A stretch of DNA of 64,000 bases from Candidatus Uhrbacteria bacterium (GTDB lineage Bacteria > Patescibacteriota > Patescibacteriia > UBA9934 > GWF2-40-263). A program made the translations under genes and the position numbers. The stretch's first letter is position 1. The number at the start of each line of letters is the position of its first letter. The stretch spans positions 1,337-65,336 of the forward strand of contig JACQSF010000005.1 in assembly GCA_016206085.1 (NCBI GenBank), in the 5' to 3' direction. Below are positions 49,689 to 60,188 of the stretch, in pieces. The notes under the pieces were generated by a model. The model worked only from the letters and a program-made list of their open reading frames with translations, ran no database searches and had not been told where the DNA came from.

Positions 49689-50539
49689 ACAAGCTGAAAG
49701 ATCGTCTTTGTATTCTCATATGTATGGTTCGCGACCTGGTCGATCGTCACCCCTTTCAACTCTGCCAGCTTTTTGGCGACATACTCGACCCGCCAGGGTT
49801 CATTTCGTTTTCCGCGATCTGGTGCTGGCGTGAGATACGGGGAATCTGTTTCAACAAGCAATCGCTCCAGTGGCAGCGCCCTGGCAACTTCCTGCAAGTT
49901 TTTCGCAAACGTAAGGATGCCACTGAACGAGATGTAAAAACCCAAATCAACAAACGCCTGCGCCTCCTCCAGCGTCCCGGTAAAACAATGAATAACACCT
50001 CGTCGTGCCAGCTTCCCTGCCCCGATCGCCTCGCGGATCATGACCGCCTGCTGAGGATAGGCATCCCGGCAATGAATCACGATAGGCTTGCTGGTCTCTG
50101 TCGCGAGATCAAACTGCGCCCGCACGGTTTCTTCTTGTCGACGAATGACTTCTGCGCGATCAGCGCTCTCGGGGATTCGATAATAATCCAGTCCAAACTC
50201 CCCGATGCCGACACACTTCGGATGCTTTGCAAGTTCGCGGTAATAATCCATATCAAACTTCTCCGTGCGCGTTTTGATCTTTGGTGTTGCCTGCTCTTCT
50301 GGTGGAAGTTCATCGTTGTCCCAAAACTCCTGTTCGACGGTGTGGTTAGGATGAAGCCCCACCGTCGCCCACATCCCCTTGTAACGTTCGGCGACTTTCA
50401 GACCATGCGCAGACGTATCTTTTTGCGTTCCAACGGTAATCATAAAAACCCCATGATCCAGGGTTCTTTTGATCACGTCATCCATGTCCTCTCGGTACGC
50501 ATTAAAATGCACATGACAGTGTGAATCGATGAGGCGCAT
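49682..50539 (-). CDS. tatD: TatD-family nuclease
   Basis: DSHCH, GLHP, IGEFGLDY, IHCR, HCF, ETDSPYL. Confidence 0.93.
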   Translation of the reverse strand: MRLIDSHCHVHFNAYREDMDDVIKRTLDHGVFMITVGTQKDTSAHGLKVAERYKGMWATVGLHPNHTVEQEFWDNDELPPEEQATPKIKTRTEKFDMDYYRELAKHPKCVGIGEFGLDYYRIPESADRAEVIRRQEETVRAQFDLATETSKPIVIHCRDAYPQQAVMIREAIGAGKLARRGVIHCFTGTLEEAQAFVDLGFYISFSGILTFAKNLQEVARALPLERLLVETDSPYLTPAPDRGKRNEPWRVEYVAKKLAELKGVTIDQVANHTYENTKTIFQLVI

Positions 50540-50540
50540 A

Positions 50541-51089
50541 TCACTGTACGGGTTCTGAAATGACTGTCACGGCCGAGTTCGTCGCTGATTCAACGGACTG
50601 ACGAGCTGCTTCAGGAAAAAAGACCTGCAGCACACTCATAATGGTCAACAGAAAATCTGCAACGACAGAAGTTTCCAACGTTGTACGCAGCGCATCATCA
50701 GGAAGAACTAACATCGCGTAAAACAAAACAACACCAACGACGATCACGCCTTCAACACATCCAAACAACCCGCCCAGAAATTTGTCCAAGGACCGCGCAA
50801 ATGGAATCCATGCGAGCACATTGAAAATTCTTCCAACGAACCAAAAAACAATACCTAGGAGTCGCGTGATAATAAAAAAGATCAAAATAAAAACAATAAT
50901 CCTCGAGATCGTTCCGCCGCCAAACAAAAACCCAAACGTCTCAAACGCCGGATCTACAAGTCGAGAAGCAAACAAGGTCCCAACGATCGTTCCCAGCAGC
51001 GAGCCCAGTGTATGAACAAGCCCGAAAAAAAAACCGAAAAAGACGAATGCGCCGACAATGACCATGAGAACGATGTCAATGAAGCCCAC
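50541..51089 (-). CDS. CvpA-family membrane protein
   Basis: IDIVL...GFFFGLV, LDKFLGGLFG. Confidence 0.8.
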   Translation of the reverse strand: MGFIDIVLMVIVGAFVFFGFFFGLVHTLGSLLGTIVGTLFASRLVDPAFETFGFLFGGGTISRIIVFILIFFIITRLLGIVFWFVGRIFNVLAWIPFARSLDKFLGGLFGCVEGVIVVGVVLFYAMLVLPDDALRTTLETSVVADFLLTIMSVLQVFFPEAARQSVESATNSAVTVISEPVQ

Positions 51090-51100
51090 AAAAAAAGGTG

Positions 51101-52558
51101 TTAGGTGGAAAGGGGGGAAGGTGGGAAGGAAGCAGTCAAATCGCGTCGAGGGAACAAGGACTCTCCAACGAGAATAACTTTATCATAGCGACGGAGGATT
51201 TCTGAACTTGTCTGTGGAAGAACCGGCGCGAGTGCACGACCAATCCAACGGATCTGCTGTGAGATCATCGACAATACCTGCTTGGCCGCTGCTTCGTCTT
51301 GTTTCACAAGTTTAAACGGTTCTTTTTTGTCGACTTCCTCGTTTGCCTCGTCCACTACAGCAAAAACTTCATCGAGGTAAACCTTGAAGTCGTACTGAGC
51401 AATAGCCTCGTCGAGCGTTTTTTGTCGACCCGACCAGTCAATGTCAACTTCATCGAGCTTCCCCTCAAAATACTTCACACTCATGGCCGCCACGCGACTC
51501 ACCAAATTCCCCAAACGGTTGGCAAGCTCGGCATAGCGTTCCTCCATCCGCTCACGCGAAAAATCGCCGTCGTCATGGGAGGGAATTTCTCGAAGGAGAT
51601 AATAACGCAGCGCGTCCGTCCCGTACTCTTTCACTTCGTCAAACGGATCCACCACGTTTCCAAGACTCTTGCTCATCTTCTGTCCGCCTGAGGTGATAAA
51701 GCCATGAATGAAAATCTGCTTGCTTGGCGCAACACCTGCAGACATCAACATCGCCTGCCACATCGCTGATTGTTGGCGCAGGTTATCTTTTCCCGCAACT
51801 TGCACACCTGGCCAGAACCTGAACGCACCACTCTCATCGGGCCAGCCCAGGGTTGAAATGTAGTTCACGAGCGCATCAAACCAAACATACATGACCTGCA
51901 TTTCATCGCCTGGTACCGGCACGCCCCAGGGCATCTTGGATGCGATGCGCGAGATACTAAAGTCTTTCAGCCCGCCCTCCACGAATGTCTTAATCTCACG
52001 CAGACGATTCTCTGGTACGACAAAGTCGGGATGCTTCTCGTAAAGGTCTAGCAGTGGCTGCTGGTAGTTTGAAAATTTGAAGAAGTAATTCTCTTCATCG
52101 ACGAGCTGAAGTTCGAGATTTGGATGCACAGGACATCGGTTATCGACGAGCTCGGAGTCGGTCTTCTCCAGCTCACAGCCCACGCAGTACTTCACTTGGT
52201 AACGCGCTTTGTAAATATCCCCTCGCGCCTCACAGCGTTTCCAAAATTCTTGCGCGGCCGCCTCATGCTTGGGATCACTCGTCTGAATGAAATTCGTGTA
52301 CGAAAGATTCAGCGTATCCTTGAGTGCATCAAACTTCGCCGCATATTCATCGACGTACGCCTTGGGCTCCTTCCCTTCCTCGAGTGCCTTCTCGTAAATT
52401 TTTTGCCCATGCTCATCTGTACCGGTATTGAAAATAACTTCCTCTCCGCGCAGCCGATGATATCGCGCCAATGCGTCGGCCTGCACAATCTCAAGCGCAA
52501 ACCCAATGTGGGGTTTCGCGTTTACGTACGGAAGGGTCGTGGTGATGTAATACTTCAT
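51101..52558 (-). CDS. metG: Methionine--tRNA ligase (short form)
   Basis: YVNAKPHIG, GTDEHGQK, YVWFDAL, KMSKS. Confidence 0.97.
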   Translation of the reverse strand: MKYYITTTLPYVNAKPHIGFALEIVQADALARYHRLRGEEVIFNTGTDEHGQKIYEKALEEGKEPKAYVDEYAAKFDALKDTLNLSYTNFIQTSDPKHEAAAQEFWKRCEARGDIYKARYQVKYCVGCELEKTDSELVDNRCPVHPNLELQLVDEENYFFKFSNYQQPLLDLYEKHPDFVVPENRLREIKTFVEGGLKDFSISRIASKMPWGVPVPGDEMQVMYVWFDALVNYISTLGWPDESGAFRFWPGVQVAGKDNLRQQSAMWQAMLMSAGVAPSKQIFIHGFITSGGQKMSKSLGNVVDPFDEVKEYGTDALRYYLLREIPSHDDGDFSRERMEERYAELANRLGNLVSRVAAMSVKYFEGKLDEVDIDWSGRQKTLDEAIAQYDFKVYLDEVFAVVDEANEEVDKKEPFKLVKQDEAAAKQVLSMISQQIRWIGRALAPVLPQTSSEILRRYDKVILVGESLFPRRDLTASFPPSPLST

Positions 52559-53256
52559 AGGGGAGCTAACACGATCACAAATTCGCCTTTGATACTAGTG
52601 GATGTAAGCGCTGCTGTCACTTCTGCGGCTGTTCCTCGATAAATCGTTTCGTGGAGTTTGGTGAGTTCACGACAGACGACAAGGTGACGAGATGGCGTGC
52701 GCTTGTTGATCTCCTCAAGCGACTTGATGATGCGGTGTGTGCTTTCGTAGATAACGGCCGTCGACTCGATCAATGCAAGCCGGTCAAAATACGTCTGTCG
52801 TCCCTTCTTGTTGGGCGGAAACCCTAGAAAGAGAAACTCATCGGCTGGCACACCCGCGATCGACAATGCGGCAATCACGGCTGAGGGTCCGGGCACAGGC
52901 CTGACGACATTTTCTCGTAGGTACGAAATTTTGTCGGCAGACTTTTCGAAACGGTTGACGACCGCTTCGACGAGCTTTCCACCTGGATCGCTGATGCCTG
53001 GCGTTCCGGCATCGGTCACGAGCGCGAGGTCATGACCTTGCTCAAGCAAGTCGAGAATCTTTTTTGTTTTGTCGTCGCCCGAGTGTTGATGATAGGACAT
53101 CATCGGTGTCCTGATCCCAAAGTGATGCAACAACTTCCCAGTCACACGCGTGTCCTCGCACAAGACGGTTTGAACCAAACCCAGCGTGGTCTTTGCCCGC
53201 TCGCTCAAATCACTCAGGTTCCCAATCGGTGTGGCAACAACAAACAGCGTGGCCAT
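52555..53256 (-). CDS. rsmI: 16S rRNA C1402 2'-O-methyltransferase
   Basis: VATPIGNL, CEDTR, DAGTPGISDPG, RELTKLHE. Confidence 0.96.
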   Translation of the reverse strand: MATLFVVATPIGNLSDLSERAKTTLGLVQTVLCEDTRVTGKLLHHFGIRTPMMSYHQHSGDDKTKKILDLLEQGHDLALVTDAGTPGISDPGGKLVEAVVNRFEKSADKISYLRENVVRPVPGPSAVIAALSIAGVPADEFLFLGFPPNKKGRQTYFDRLALIESTAVIYESTHRIIKSLEEINKRTPSRHLVVCRELTKLHETIYRGTAAEVTAALTSTSIKGEFVIVLAPL

Positions 53257-53258
53257 AC

Positions 53259-53996
53259 TTATCCCTTCTTCAAACTATCGATCGCTCGGAGGATTTCGAG
53301 GGGAACGGCGAAGATGATCGTGTTGGATGCATCGGAGGATACGTCATTGATGGTGTTGAGCGTACGCAAGTGAAGCGCACCGCTCGAGCCGGAAAGAATC
53401 CCTGCTGCCTCGGCGAGATTTTTTGCCGCCTCCACTTCTCCCATGGAATTGATAACCACCGCTCGACGCTCACGTTCGGCCTCGGCTTGCTTGGCCATCG
53501 TGCGTTTCATTTCCTCTGGGAGCGTGATGTCCTTCAACTCTACATTGTCGACTTGAATCCCCCACGGGTCTGTCAAAACATCGACGATATCTTTAATCTT
53601 CTTTGAGGCCTCCTCACGCTGGCTCAGCAATTGATCCAGATCCATTTCTCCCACAACATTACGCATCGTGGTCTGCGCAAGCTGGCTCACGGCGTAGTAA
53701 AAGTTCTCGACCTCAATGAACGACTTGGCGGCGTCTTTCACTTTATAATAGATGACGGCGTTAATGCGCGCGGAAATGTTATCGCGAGTAATGGCTTCCT
53801 GATCAGGAACGTCAACCGCCTTCACGCGCACGTCTACTTTTCGCATGATCTGGAATGGCCAGAAAACAAACTTGAGTCCAGGTCCCTTGGTGTGCGTGTA
53901 TCTTCCAAGCAAGAAAATGACACCACGTTGATACTCAAAGATCACACGAATAGTCGTGAGGACGTACAGGATGATGATCGCAACGAGAAACTCCAT
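53259..53996 (-). CDS. SPFH/stomatin-like (slipin) protein
   Basis: EYQRGVIF, AQTTMRNVVG, AKQAEAERERRA. Confidence 0.92.
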   Translation of the reverse strand: MEFLVAIIILYVLTTIRVIFEYQRGVIFLLGRYTHTKGPGLKFVFWPFQIMRKVDVRVKAVDVPDQEAITRDNISARINAVIYYKVKDAAKSFIEVENFYYAVSQLAQTTMRNVVGEMDLDQLLSQREEASKKIKDIVDVLTDPWGIQVDNVELKDITLPEEMKRTMAKQAEAERERRAVVINSMGEVEAAKNLAEAAGILSGSSGALHLRTLNTINDVSSDASNTIIFAVPLEILRAIDSLKKG

Positions 53997-53999
53997 ATC

Positions 54000-54857
54000 T
54001 TATTCGTTAGGTGAATAAATCTGCGTCTCTGGATGCATGGCTGCCCACGCGAACCAGTAGGAAGGAACGAGAACGTCGCTTTCTTCGATGATCGATTGAA
54101 TCGTATCAAATTCCTCGAGGCTGTCCACGGGAAATGCAACGGCCGTTCCCTGACGTTCGACACCAAGGACGAAAGACTTGGGGGGAAGTCGTGCATCATC
54201 ATGATCAAGCGGAAACCAAATCGCGGTGGTCTCGTAGTACCCCTCATAGGGATCCTGCGTGTAGTCTCGATCAAATCCTGTTTCGCGAGAAAGGACCTGT
54301 CCAAAGGAATACTCAGACTTAAACATCGCCCAGGTCGTGACCTGTGAGGGATACCGCGTCAGTTTCGTTTCCGTGAGTTCCCCTTCAATGACCTCCCCAC
54401 GTAATTGACTCCAGAGTGACTCTGTTGTTCGATCGTACAAGAGCGTGTTGCTGTTCCATAGTTTCCCTGAGACACCAAATGTATCTGTTCGATCGTAGAC
54501 AGCCGCCGTGTATGTGAGTGGATCAAACGTCACGAGGAGATCACGACCATTAAGTGTTTCGTTGACGACCTCATGCCAGACGAGAATTTGAAACGGATAG
54601 AATCGTGTGCGACTCCCAACCTCTACGACCATGCCATAGCCGGCGTCATTGAGATACATGTCCGCACTCGCAACAGACTCATATTCAGGTGCATCAATGG
54701 CTGGAATGTCATCTTTATGCGCGGTACCCAGAACGATCTGGTAGATCTCACTGGACTCAATCAAGACAGGCGTACGATAATATCGATACTGGTACCAAAA
54801 GATCGCTCCCACGACGAGAACAAAGATAGAGAGAAACATCCACGTGTTTCGAGACAT
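54000..54857 (-). CDS. DUF3179-like membrane-anchored protein
   Basis: IPAIDAP, YPFQILVWHEVVN, FGVSGKL, YDRTTESLWSQ, YWFAW. Confidence 0.75.
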   Translation of the reverse strand: MSRNTWMFLSIFVLVVGAIFWYQYRYYRTPVLIESSEIYQIVLGTAHKDDIPAIDAPEYESVASADMYLNDAGYGMVVEVGSRTRFYPFQILVWHEVVNETLNGRDLLVTFDPLTYTAAVYDRTDTFGVSGKLWNSNTLLYDRTTESLWSQLRGEVIEGELTETKLTRYPSQVTTWAMFKSEYSFGQVLSRETGFDRDYTQDPYEGYYETTAIWFPLDHDDARLPPKSFVLGVERQGTAVAFPVDSLEEFDTIQSIIEESDVLVPSYWFAWAAMHPETQIYSPNE

Positions 54858-54936
54858 AGCAACGATTTGGATTGACTGACTCGTGTAATACGTTACCATA
54901 CCCACGGATCATTTACTTCTCATAACCCCACTCACT

Positions 54937-55494
54937 ATGGACGAATTCATCGAAAACATGCACGCGCCTCAAATGGCACACGTAAGCAAGCCCGCTCCCA
55001 AGTTTGATGTGGAGACGGTAGTAAAAGGCGGAGAGTTCTCTCGTACAACGCTTGAGGACTACAAAGGCACGTGGCTTGTGCTCTTCTTCTATCCGCTCGA
55101 CTTCACCTTTGTGTGTCCAACGGAAATCACTGGTTTCTCAAAACGCTACAACGAATTCAAAGCGCTTGGGGCGGAGGTTCTTGGAGGTTCGACTGACTCC
55201 GTCCATTCGCACAAAACTTGGCTCAAGGAACTGGGTGACCTCAATTTCCCGCTCTTCTCCGACATCACACGTGACATGAGCTGGGACTACGGCGTGCTCC
55301 TGCCCGAGCAAGGCATCGCCCTTCGCGGTACGTTCATCATCGACCCAGAAGGCATCCTGCGCTATGCGCTCTACCACGACCTAGGCGTCGGCCGCTCCGT
55401 CGACGAAACTCTGCGCGTGCTCAAAGCCCTCCAAACGGGCGAACTTTGCCCAGTTGGTTGGACAGAAGGCGACAAAACTCTCGGTAAGGCATAA
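54937..55494 (+). CDS. ahpC: 2-Cys peroxiredoxin
   Basis: FYPLDFTFVCPTE, GRSVDE, LCPVGW. Confidence 0.93.
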   Translation: MDEFIENMHAPQMAHVSKPAPKFDVETVVKGGEFSRTTLEDYKGTWLVLFFYPLDFTFVCPTEITGFSKRYNEFKALGAEVLGGSTDSVHSHKTWLKELGDLNFPLFSDITRDMSWDYGVLLPEQGIALRGTFIIDPEGILRYALYHDLGVGRSVDETLRVLKALQTGELCPVGWTEGDKTLGKA

Positions 55495-55496
55495 AC

Positions 55497-55524
55497 AAAA
55501 ATCGGGCATCGGCCCGATTTTTTT
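55497..55524. terminator. Bidirectional terminator
   Basis: AAAAATCGGGC-ATCG-GCCCGATTTTTT. Confidence 0.7.
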
Positions 55525-55756
55525 ATTGAATCTTGAGAAGCTCCGCGAGTTTCTTCTGGTCAAACCCAACGACGATCTCGCCGTCGATGTCGATGACGGG
55601 CACGCCCATTTGTCCAGACTTGTGAATCATCTCCGAGGCCTTTTCCTGATTGGACATGACATCAATGTCAGTGAACTCCATGTTGTGCTCTTTGAGGTAC
55701 GCTTTCGTCTGTTTGCAAAAAGGACAGGTTGGAGTGGAGTAGATAGTCACGGACAT
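55523..55756 (-). CDS. Glutaredoxin/NrdH-like redoxin
   Basis: YSTPTCPFC, GQMGVPVI, VGFD. Confidence 0.92.
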   Translation of the reverse strand: MSVTIYSTPTCPFCKQTKAYLKEHNMEFTDIDVMSNQEKASEMIHKSGQMGVPVIDIDGEIVVGFDQKKLAELLKIQ

Positions 55757-55758
55757 AA

Positions 55759-56037
55759 CTAGGAGGTTATGAGTTTTACGAGCTCGGGAATATCTTGTTC
55801 CTGAACGCGACCGAGCCAGATATTATCAGGCATGATCACCACCGTGGGACCGGTTGAGCAACGATCCAGGCATCCAGATTTGGACACACGAATCTTCGGA
55901 TCCGCCGCTGCCACCGCAAACTTAATTTTCTGGTGGAGTTCAGCCGAGCCCTTGTCTGCACAACACTCACGGCCGTCGTGACGCTCATTGGTGCAAACCA
56001 GAACAAGCTTTCGAAAGTTGGTATCTATCTGGTACAT
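55759..56037 (-). CDS. Thioredoxin-like [2Fe-2S] ferredoxin
   Basis: VCTN...CC..KGS...SGCLDRC..GP. Confidence 0.85.
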   Translation of the reverse strand: MYQIDTNFRKLVLVCTNERHDGRECCADKGSAELHQKIKFAVAAADPKIRVSKSGCLDRCSTGPTVVIMPDNIWLGRVQEQDIPELVKLITS

Positions 56038-56040
56038 AGT

Positions 56041-57540
56041 CTAGAGACTCTTTAGATAACTCAACAATGTTCGCACGCCATGTCCCGTTGCTCCTTTTCT
56101 TGTGTAAGGATCAATCTCGCGCTCGGCATAGGCGGGCCCAGCGATATCCAAGTGCGCCCATGGCGTTTTATCGACGAACTCTTCAAGGAATAAACCGGCA
56201 GTCAGTGCTCCTCCCCAACGTGCTCCGATATTCTGCATATCCGCGACTTCACTCTTGAGAAGTTTCCGATAATTTTTCTCCAGCGGCAAGCGCCACATTT
56301 TTTCTCCTACCGACGCTGATGCCTCAAGCAGTTTTGATGAGAGCTCGTCGTTGTTAGACATCAGACCCGTGATCTCCTCGCCCAGCGCCACCATGCACGC
56401 CCCTGTCAGTGTGGCGAGATCAATAATCGCTTGTGGCTTTTGTTTGTTTGCATACGTCAATGTATCCGCCAAAGTAAGCCGACCCTCCGCATCGGTATTC
56501 AAAACTTCTATCGTCTTCTTATTCATGACGGTAAGAACATCACCAGGACGGATCGCTTTGCCGCTGGGCATATTTTCGACTGCCCCAAAAATTCCGTGTA
56601 CTTCGCATGCAGGCGCCATATCTGCGATCACAGAAAACACCCCAAGCACGGCAGCCGCTCCAGCCATATCACACTTCATCGTCATCATGCTGTCAGCAGG
56701 TTTGAGCGAGAGACCACCTGAATCAAACGTGACGGCCTTTCCAACAATGGCGACGCGTTTTTTTGTTGCTTTCTTTGGTTTGTACACCATGTGCACAAGA
56801 TAGGGCGGATGATCTGAACCCTTGGCAACACCCAAGAGACCACCTGCTCCCATACGTGTGAGCGTAAAACGATCATGCACTCGAATACGAAGTGATCCCT
56901 TTCCCTTCACGATCTGCTTTGCCGTCTCAACGAGTTTCTCTGGATACATGTCCTGTGCCGGCGTGTTCACAAGATCACGCGCAAACAGAGTGCCACGAGC
57001 CATGCGTTCACCCAATAGGACTCCCAACGTCGCTTGTCGGACGTCTTGTCCTTGATGAGAAACAATATCGAAACGTTGAACCTCGCTTTTTTCTTTTTTT
57101 GAAGAACGATACTTGTCAAAGTTGTACTGAGCGAGACGAACTCCTTCAACCATCGCCTGGGCACATTCGCTCGCTTTCAATCCACCAGCCTCAGCTCCAT
57201 GAAGAATCGAAACAACCGATTTCACCCCAAGCCCCTTGGCGACATTCAGACTCGCCGCCGCTGCTTGTCGAACCGCCTCCAAATCAAACTCCTCTTTCTT
57301 TCCGAGTCCGACAACCAAAACGCGTTTCGCGGGAATCTTCCCATTCGTGCGCATCAAAAACGTCGCCCCGAGCTTTGCCTTGAATGAATCTTCTTTCATG
57401 AACTTCTCCAGGTCCCCTCGCAGGGCTCCATTGACCGTGCCCGTAGCACCTCTTAATCCTTTCGCACCAAAAAAAATGTTAACCACGAGCATCTCGCAAG
57501 ATTGTTGAGTCAGATCTCCCTTTCGTGCGGAAATTACCAT
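56041..57540 (-). CDS. pepA: M17 leucyl aminopeptidase
   Basis: GKAVTFDSGG, KCDMAG, NTDAEGRL, ATLTGA. Confidence 0.95.
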   Translation of the reverse strand: MVISARKGDLTQQSCEMLVVNIFFGAKGLRGATGTVNGALRGDLEKFMKEDSFKAKLGATFLMRTNGKIPAKRVLVVGLGKKEEFDLEAVRQAAAASLNVAKGLGVKSVVSILHGAEAGGLKASECAQAMVEGVRLAQYNFDKYRSSKKEKSEVQRFDIVSHQGQDVRQATLGVLLGERMARGTLFARDLVNTPAQDMYPEKLVETAKQIVKGKGSLRIRVHDRFTLTRMGAGGLLGVAKGSDHPPYLVHMVYKPKKATKKRVAIVGKAVTFDSGGLSLKPADSMMTMKCDMAGAAAVLGVFSVIADMAPACEVHGIFGAVENMPSGKAIRPGDVLTVMNKKTIEVLNTDAEGRLTLADTLTYANKQKPQAIIDLATLTGACMVALGEEITGLMSNNDELSSKLLEASASVGEKMWRLPLEKNYRKLLKSEVADMQNIGARWGGALTAGLFLEEFVDKTPWAHLDIAGPAYAEREIDPYTRKGATGHGVRTLLSYLKSL

Positions 57541-57573
57541 ACACAAAAAAACTAGACTGTTATGAAGCCTAGT

Positions 57574-57927
57574 CTACCCAAAAGGTTCATTCACGGCAAA
57601 GCCGTACACAAATGGAAGCGTCATGAACAAGAAAAAGATGATAGACACAAGAAAAAACCAAAACACACGGTCACGCCAATGCGAAACGTCACGACCTCGC
57701 CAAAAGGCCGTGGCAATCAACAACGTCGTAAAGTAGGCTCCAAGCACATCCACATACAATCCTGAGATAGGTCCTATGTCTGGATTGAGCGTCACCCATT
57801 GTGCAATCGTATCCGATTTGAAAATGAGAAGATTGTCAATCCATGCTGCGTGAAGAGCCGACGAAGCAGCGAGGATGGCAGCGAGGGCAAAAGACTCGTG
57901 GATCCGTTGTTTGAACAAGCTCATCAT
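57574..57927 (-). CDS. Small hypothetical membrane protein
   Basis: About three hydrophobic segments; GPISG motif. Confidence 0.6.
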   Translation of the reverse strand: MMSLFKQRIHESFALAAILAASSALHAAWIDNLLIFKSDTIAQWVTLNPDIGPISGLYVDVLGAYFTTLLIATAFWRGRDVSHWRDRVFWFFLVSIIFFLFMTLPFVYGFAVNEPFG

Positions 57928-57928
57928 A

Positions 57929-58363
57929 CTAAATCATCGATTCAATAAGAATTGCCATGAGACCCGCAAAGCTGATCGCGATGGAGAGAAGGACTACCGT
58001 GCGATACATCCTGGCGTGAGGAGAGGCAATTTTCTCACGATACACAAACAAGATAAGAAGAGCTGTTGTTGTGAGAACGAGAGGTAATTGAAAGAGAAGC
58101 CAACGATGCGTTGAAAGAGCCTCAGACAAGGAAGCAAAGTCTCCAAACGTGTAGGAAGGCGTCGCTGCCGCGCTGAATTCGATCGCAACCGTCCCAAGCA
58201 AGAGAAACAAAATAACAAACAAGACACCGATGAGTGGTTGGACAACATGGGTCTTGGATCCAACCAGAAGACTTAACGTAAACGCCGAACCAAACAACAA
58301 AACAGTGAGACCAAAAAGCATCTGTCCAGGATGAATGAGGTCAAGCAAGAGCGTACTATCCAT
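57929..58363 (-). CDS. Hypothetical 4-TM membrane protein
   Basis: Hydrophobic segments; translationally coupled to the next ORF. Confidence 0.6.
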   Translation of the reverse strand: MDSTLLLDLIHPGQMLFGLTVLLFGSAFTLSLLVGSKTHVVQPLIGVLFVILFLLLGTVAIEFSAAATPSYTFGDFASLSEALSTHRWLLFQLPLVLTTTALLILFVYREKIASPHARMYRTVVLLSIAISFAGLMAILIESMI

Positions 58364-58568
58364 AGCGTCACTATTGTACAAGAATTGACGTGAAGATGGA
58401 ATCACGATATACTCACAGCTGAAAACTTATTTCAATGTATGCCTGGTAAACGCAAACAAATCATGACGGCGTGGAAAGCGGCACGCAAGGTGCAACTCGC
58501 CAACAGCCGCAAAGCCAAGGCCAAACGTCTTAGCAAAACAGAACGAACGTCTCAAGACGTTCGTTCTG

Positions 58569-60137
58569 TTATGATCCTGTTACTTCAACCGAAATCCGTT
58601 GACCACGCAACAGAATCCCCTCAAGTTTTATGTCCTCGTTTGGAACATGTTTGGTTGTATAATGGCCATCAAGATCTGGATCCAGACCAAGTCCGTATCG
58701 GATAAAGCTGACAATTGGATGAACGGACCAGGCTTGTTGGTCACCACCATCAAGATCAACGGGCGAGACGTGTTCGGGAAGCACGCGACCAGAACCCTGT
58801 TCCTCGTTAAACGTCCACCAGCGCGTCAGTGGGTAGTACCAATCCTTGTTCCCGTACTTCAGTCGTGCCCCTGCATTGATGCCATCAAGAAACGGCCAGT
58901 CCGTTCCGTTTTGATAATCATACGGCGTAAATCCCTCATACAGTGGCCAAGCGTTGAGCACTCCCCAATCACCATGAGCGATATCCTCATTCCTTGCACT
59001 TTCAAGCGTCTTTAACGTTTCAAATAGTCGATCACGTTGTGTGACACTCGCTACGTCATACAGAATCGCCATGGCTGACTCGTTCGTGACACGTTCTTCA
59101 CAGACACGATTTTCACATCGCTCATAGTAGTATCCTCCCTCTTCGTTCCAAAAAAGCCGATTTAACTGAAAGCGAACCAACAAAGACTGACGATGGAATG
59201 CCTTCGCGTGTGCGGGTTCCTTGATCGCTTCGGAAAGTTCAACTAAATCGCGCAAAGCCTTGTAATACAACACTTCATTTGAAAAAACTTCTCCTCCTCG
59301 TGGGATGGAATCAAGCCAATCCTGTAATGAATCGGCTTTTTTCTCAGGTAACATGTTCCCATTTGTATCCTTCATCGAGAGCCACGTCATGGCGTCTTCC
59401 ATCGCGGAAAATATCGTTCGTCCATTGACACGTTCAAGTAAAATGGAGGTGTCTGCGGTCCATGCCACATAGTCGCGCACAAGCATAACAAAATACGGTC
59501 CAGAATCAACGTGATCCACCCACAAAGGAAGTTTCGTTCCCGTGGGCTCAACCGAAATCGCGCTAGGTGTGCTTCCATTGGCTTCGATCCCACGCGCGAG
59601 GAGTAAAATCTGGTCGCGAATGACGTAGGGTTCAATCATGAGAATGAGTCCGCTCGACCAATACGTATCTCGATAGTATACGCGAGCTGGCGAGCGATAC
59701 TTGGGTCCAGCGGTCACATAGCGACCTCCGGCGTCCGTCTCTTGGATGCTCTCAAGAGCCACATCCAGGGAATCCTCGAACATCTGTACAAGGGTCTGAT
59801 CCTGTGAAATGAGCGTCGGTCGCTCAAACGACGTATCAACAGCGACGACAGGAGAATGTTCGTACACCGCCTCGGACGCAACAGCAATCAGCAGTGTGTT
59901 GGTCGCCCGAATGATTGTCGCCCATTCTTGTCCCACCTTTACAGCCGGCTTCCCGTTGCTATTCAAAAAATTCTTTCCCGAAATCAAAAAAAGTGACTGA
60001 CACGTGAGATCAGTTGGACAGACAAGCGAACGTTCAACCCCGGTTACGGTCACATCCAAAAACTCCATCGATTCCGCTCGTGTAACCGACGGAAACAAAA
60101 AGAGGAGGATCATCCCAATACTCCACAGCCATTTCAT
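58569..60137 (-). CDS. Secreted (alpha/alpha)6 glycoside hydrolase (debranching-enzyme/GH63-like) with N-terminal IPT/TIG-like domain
   Basis: Signal peptide, ISGKNF, YYRDTYW, DWLD, YQNGTDWPF. Confidence 0.7.
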   Translation of the reverse strand: MKWLWSIGMILLFLFPSVTRAESMEFLDVTVTGVERSLVCPTDLTCQSLFLISGKNFLNSNGKPAVKVGQEWATIIRATNTLLIAVASEAVYEHSPVVAVDTSFERPTLISQDQTLVQMFEDSLDVALESIQETDAGGRYVTAGPKYRSPARVYYRDTYWSSGLILMIEPYVIRDQILLLARGIEANGSTPSAISVEPTGTKLPLWVDHVDSGPYFVMLVRDYVAWTADTSILLERVNGRTIFSAMEDAMTWLSMKDTNGNMLPEKKADSLQDWLDSIPRGGEVFSNEVLYYKALRDLVELSEAIKEPAHAKAFHRQSLLVRFQLNRLFWNEEGGYYYERCENRVCEERVTNESAMAILYDVASVTQRDRLFETLKTLESARNEDIAHGDWGVLNAWPLYEGFTPYDYQNGTDWPFLDGINAGARLKYGNKDWYYPLTRWWTFNEEQGSGRVLPEHVSPVDLDGGDQQAWSVHPIVSFIRYGLGLDPDLDGHYTTKHVPNEDIKLEGILLRGQRISVEVTGS

Positions 60138-60188
60138 ACACAGGTAGTGTAACAAATTCTGATAGACTGCTGTGTATAACCAAACCCT

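Noticed and set aside
48458..50524. 688-aa + strand ORF
   Set aside because: Crosses a terminator, a MITE and tatD antisense; low-complexity off-frame composition.
52922..52950. Possible repeat-derived insertion in rsmI (FEKSADKISY)
   Set aside because: Imperfect palindrome with no clear second copy in the window; not enough support.
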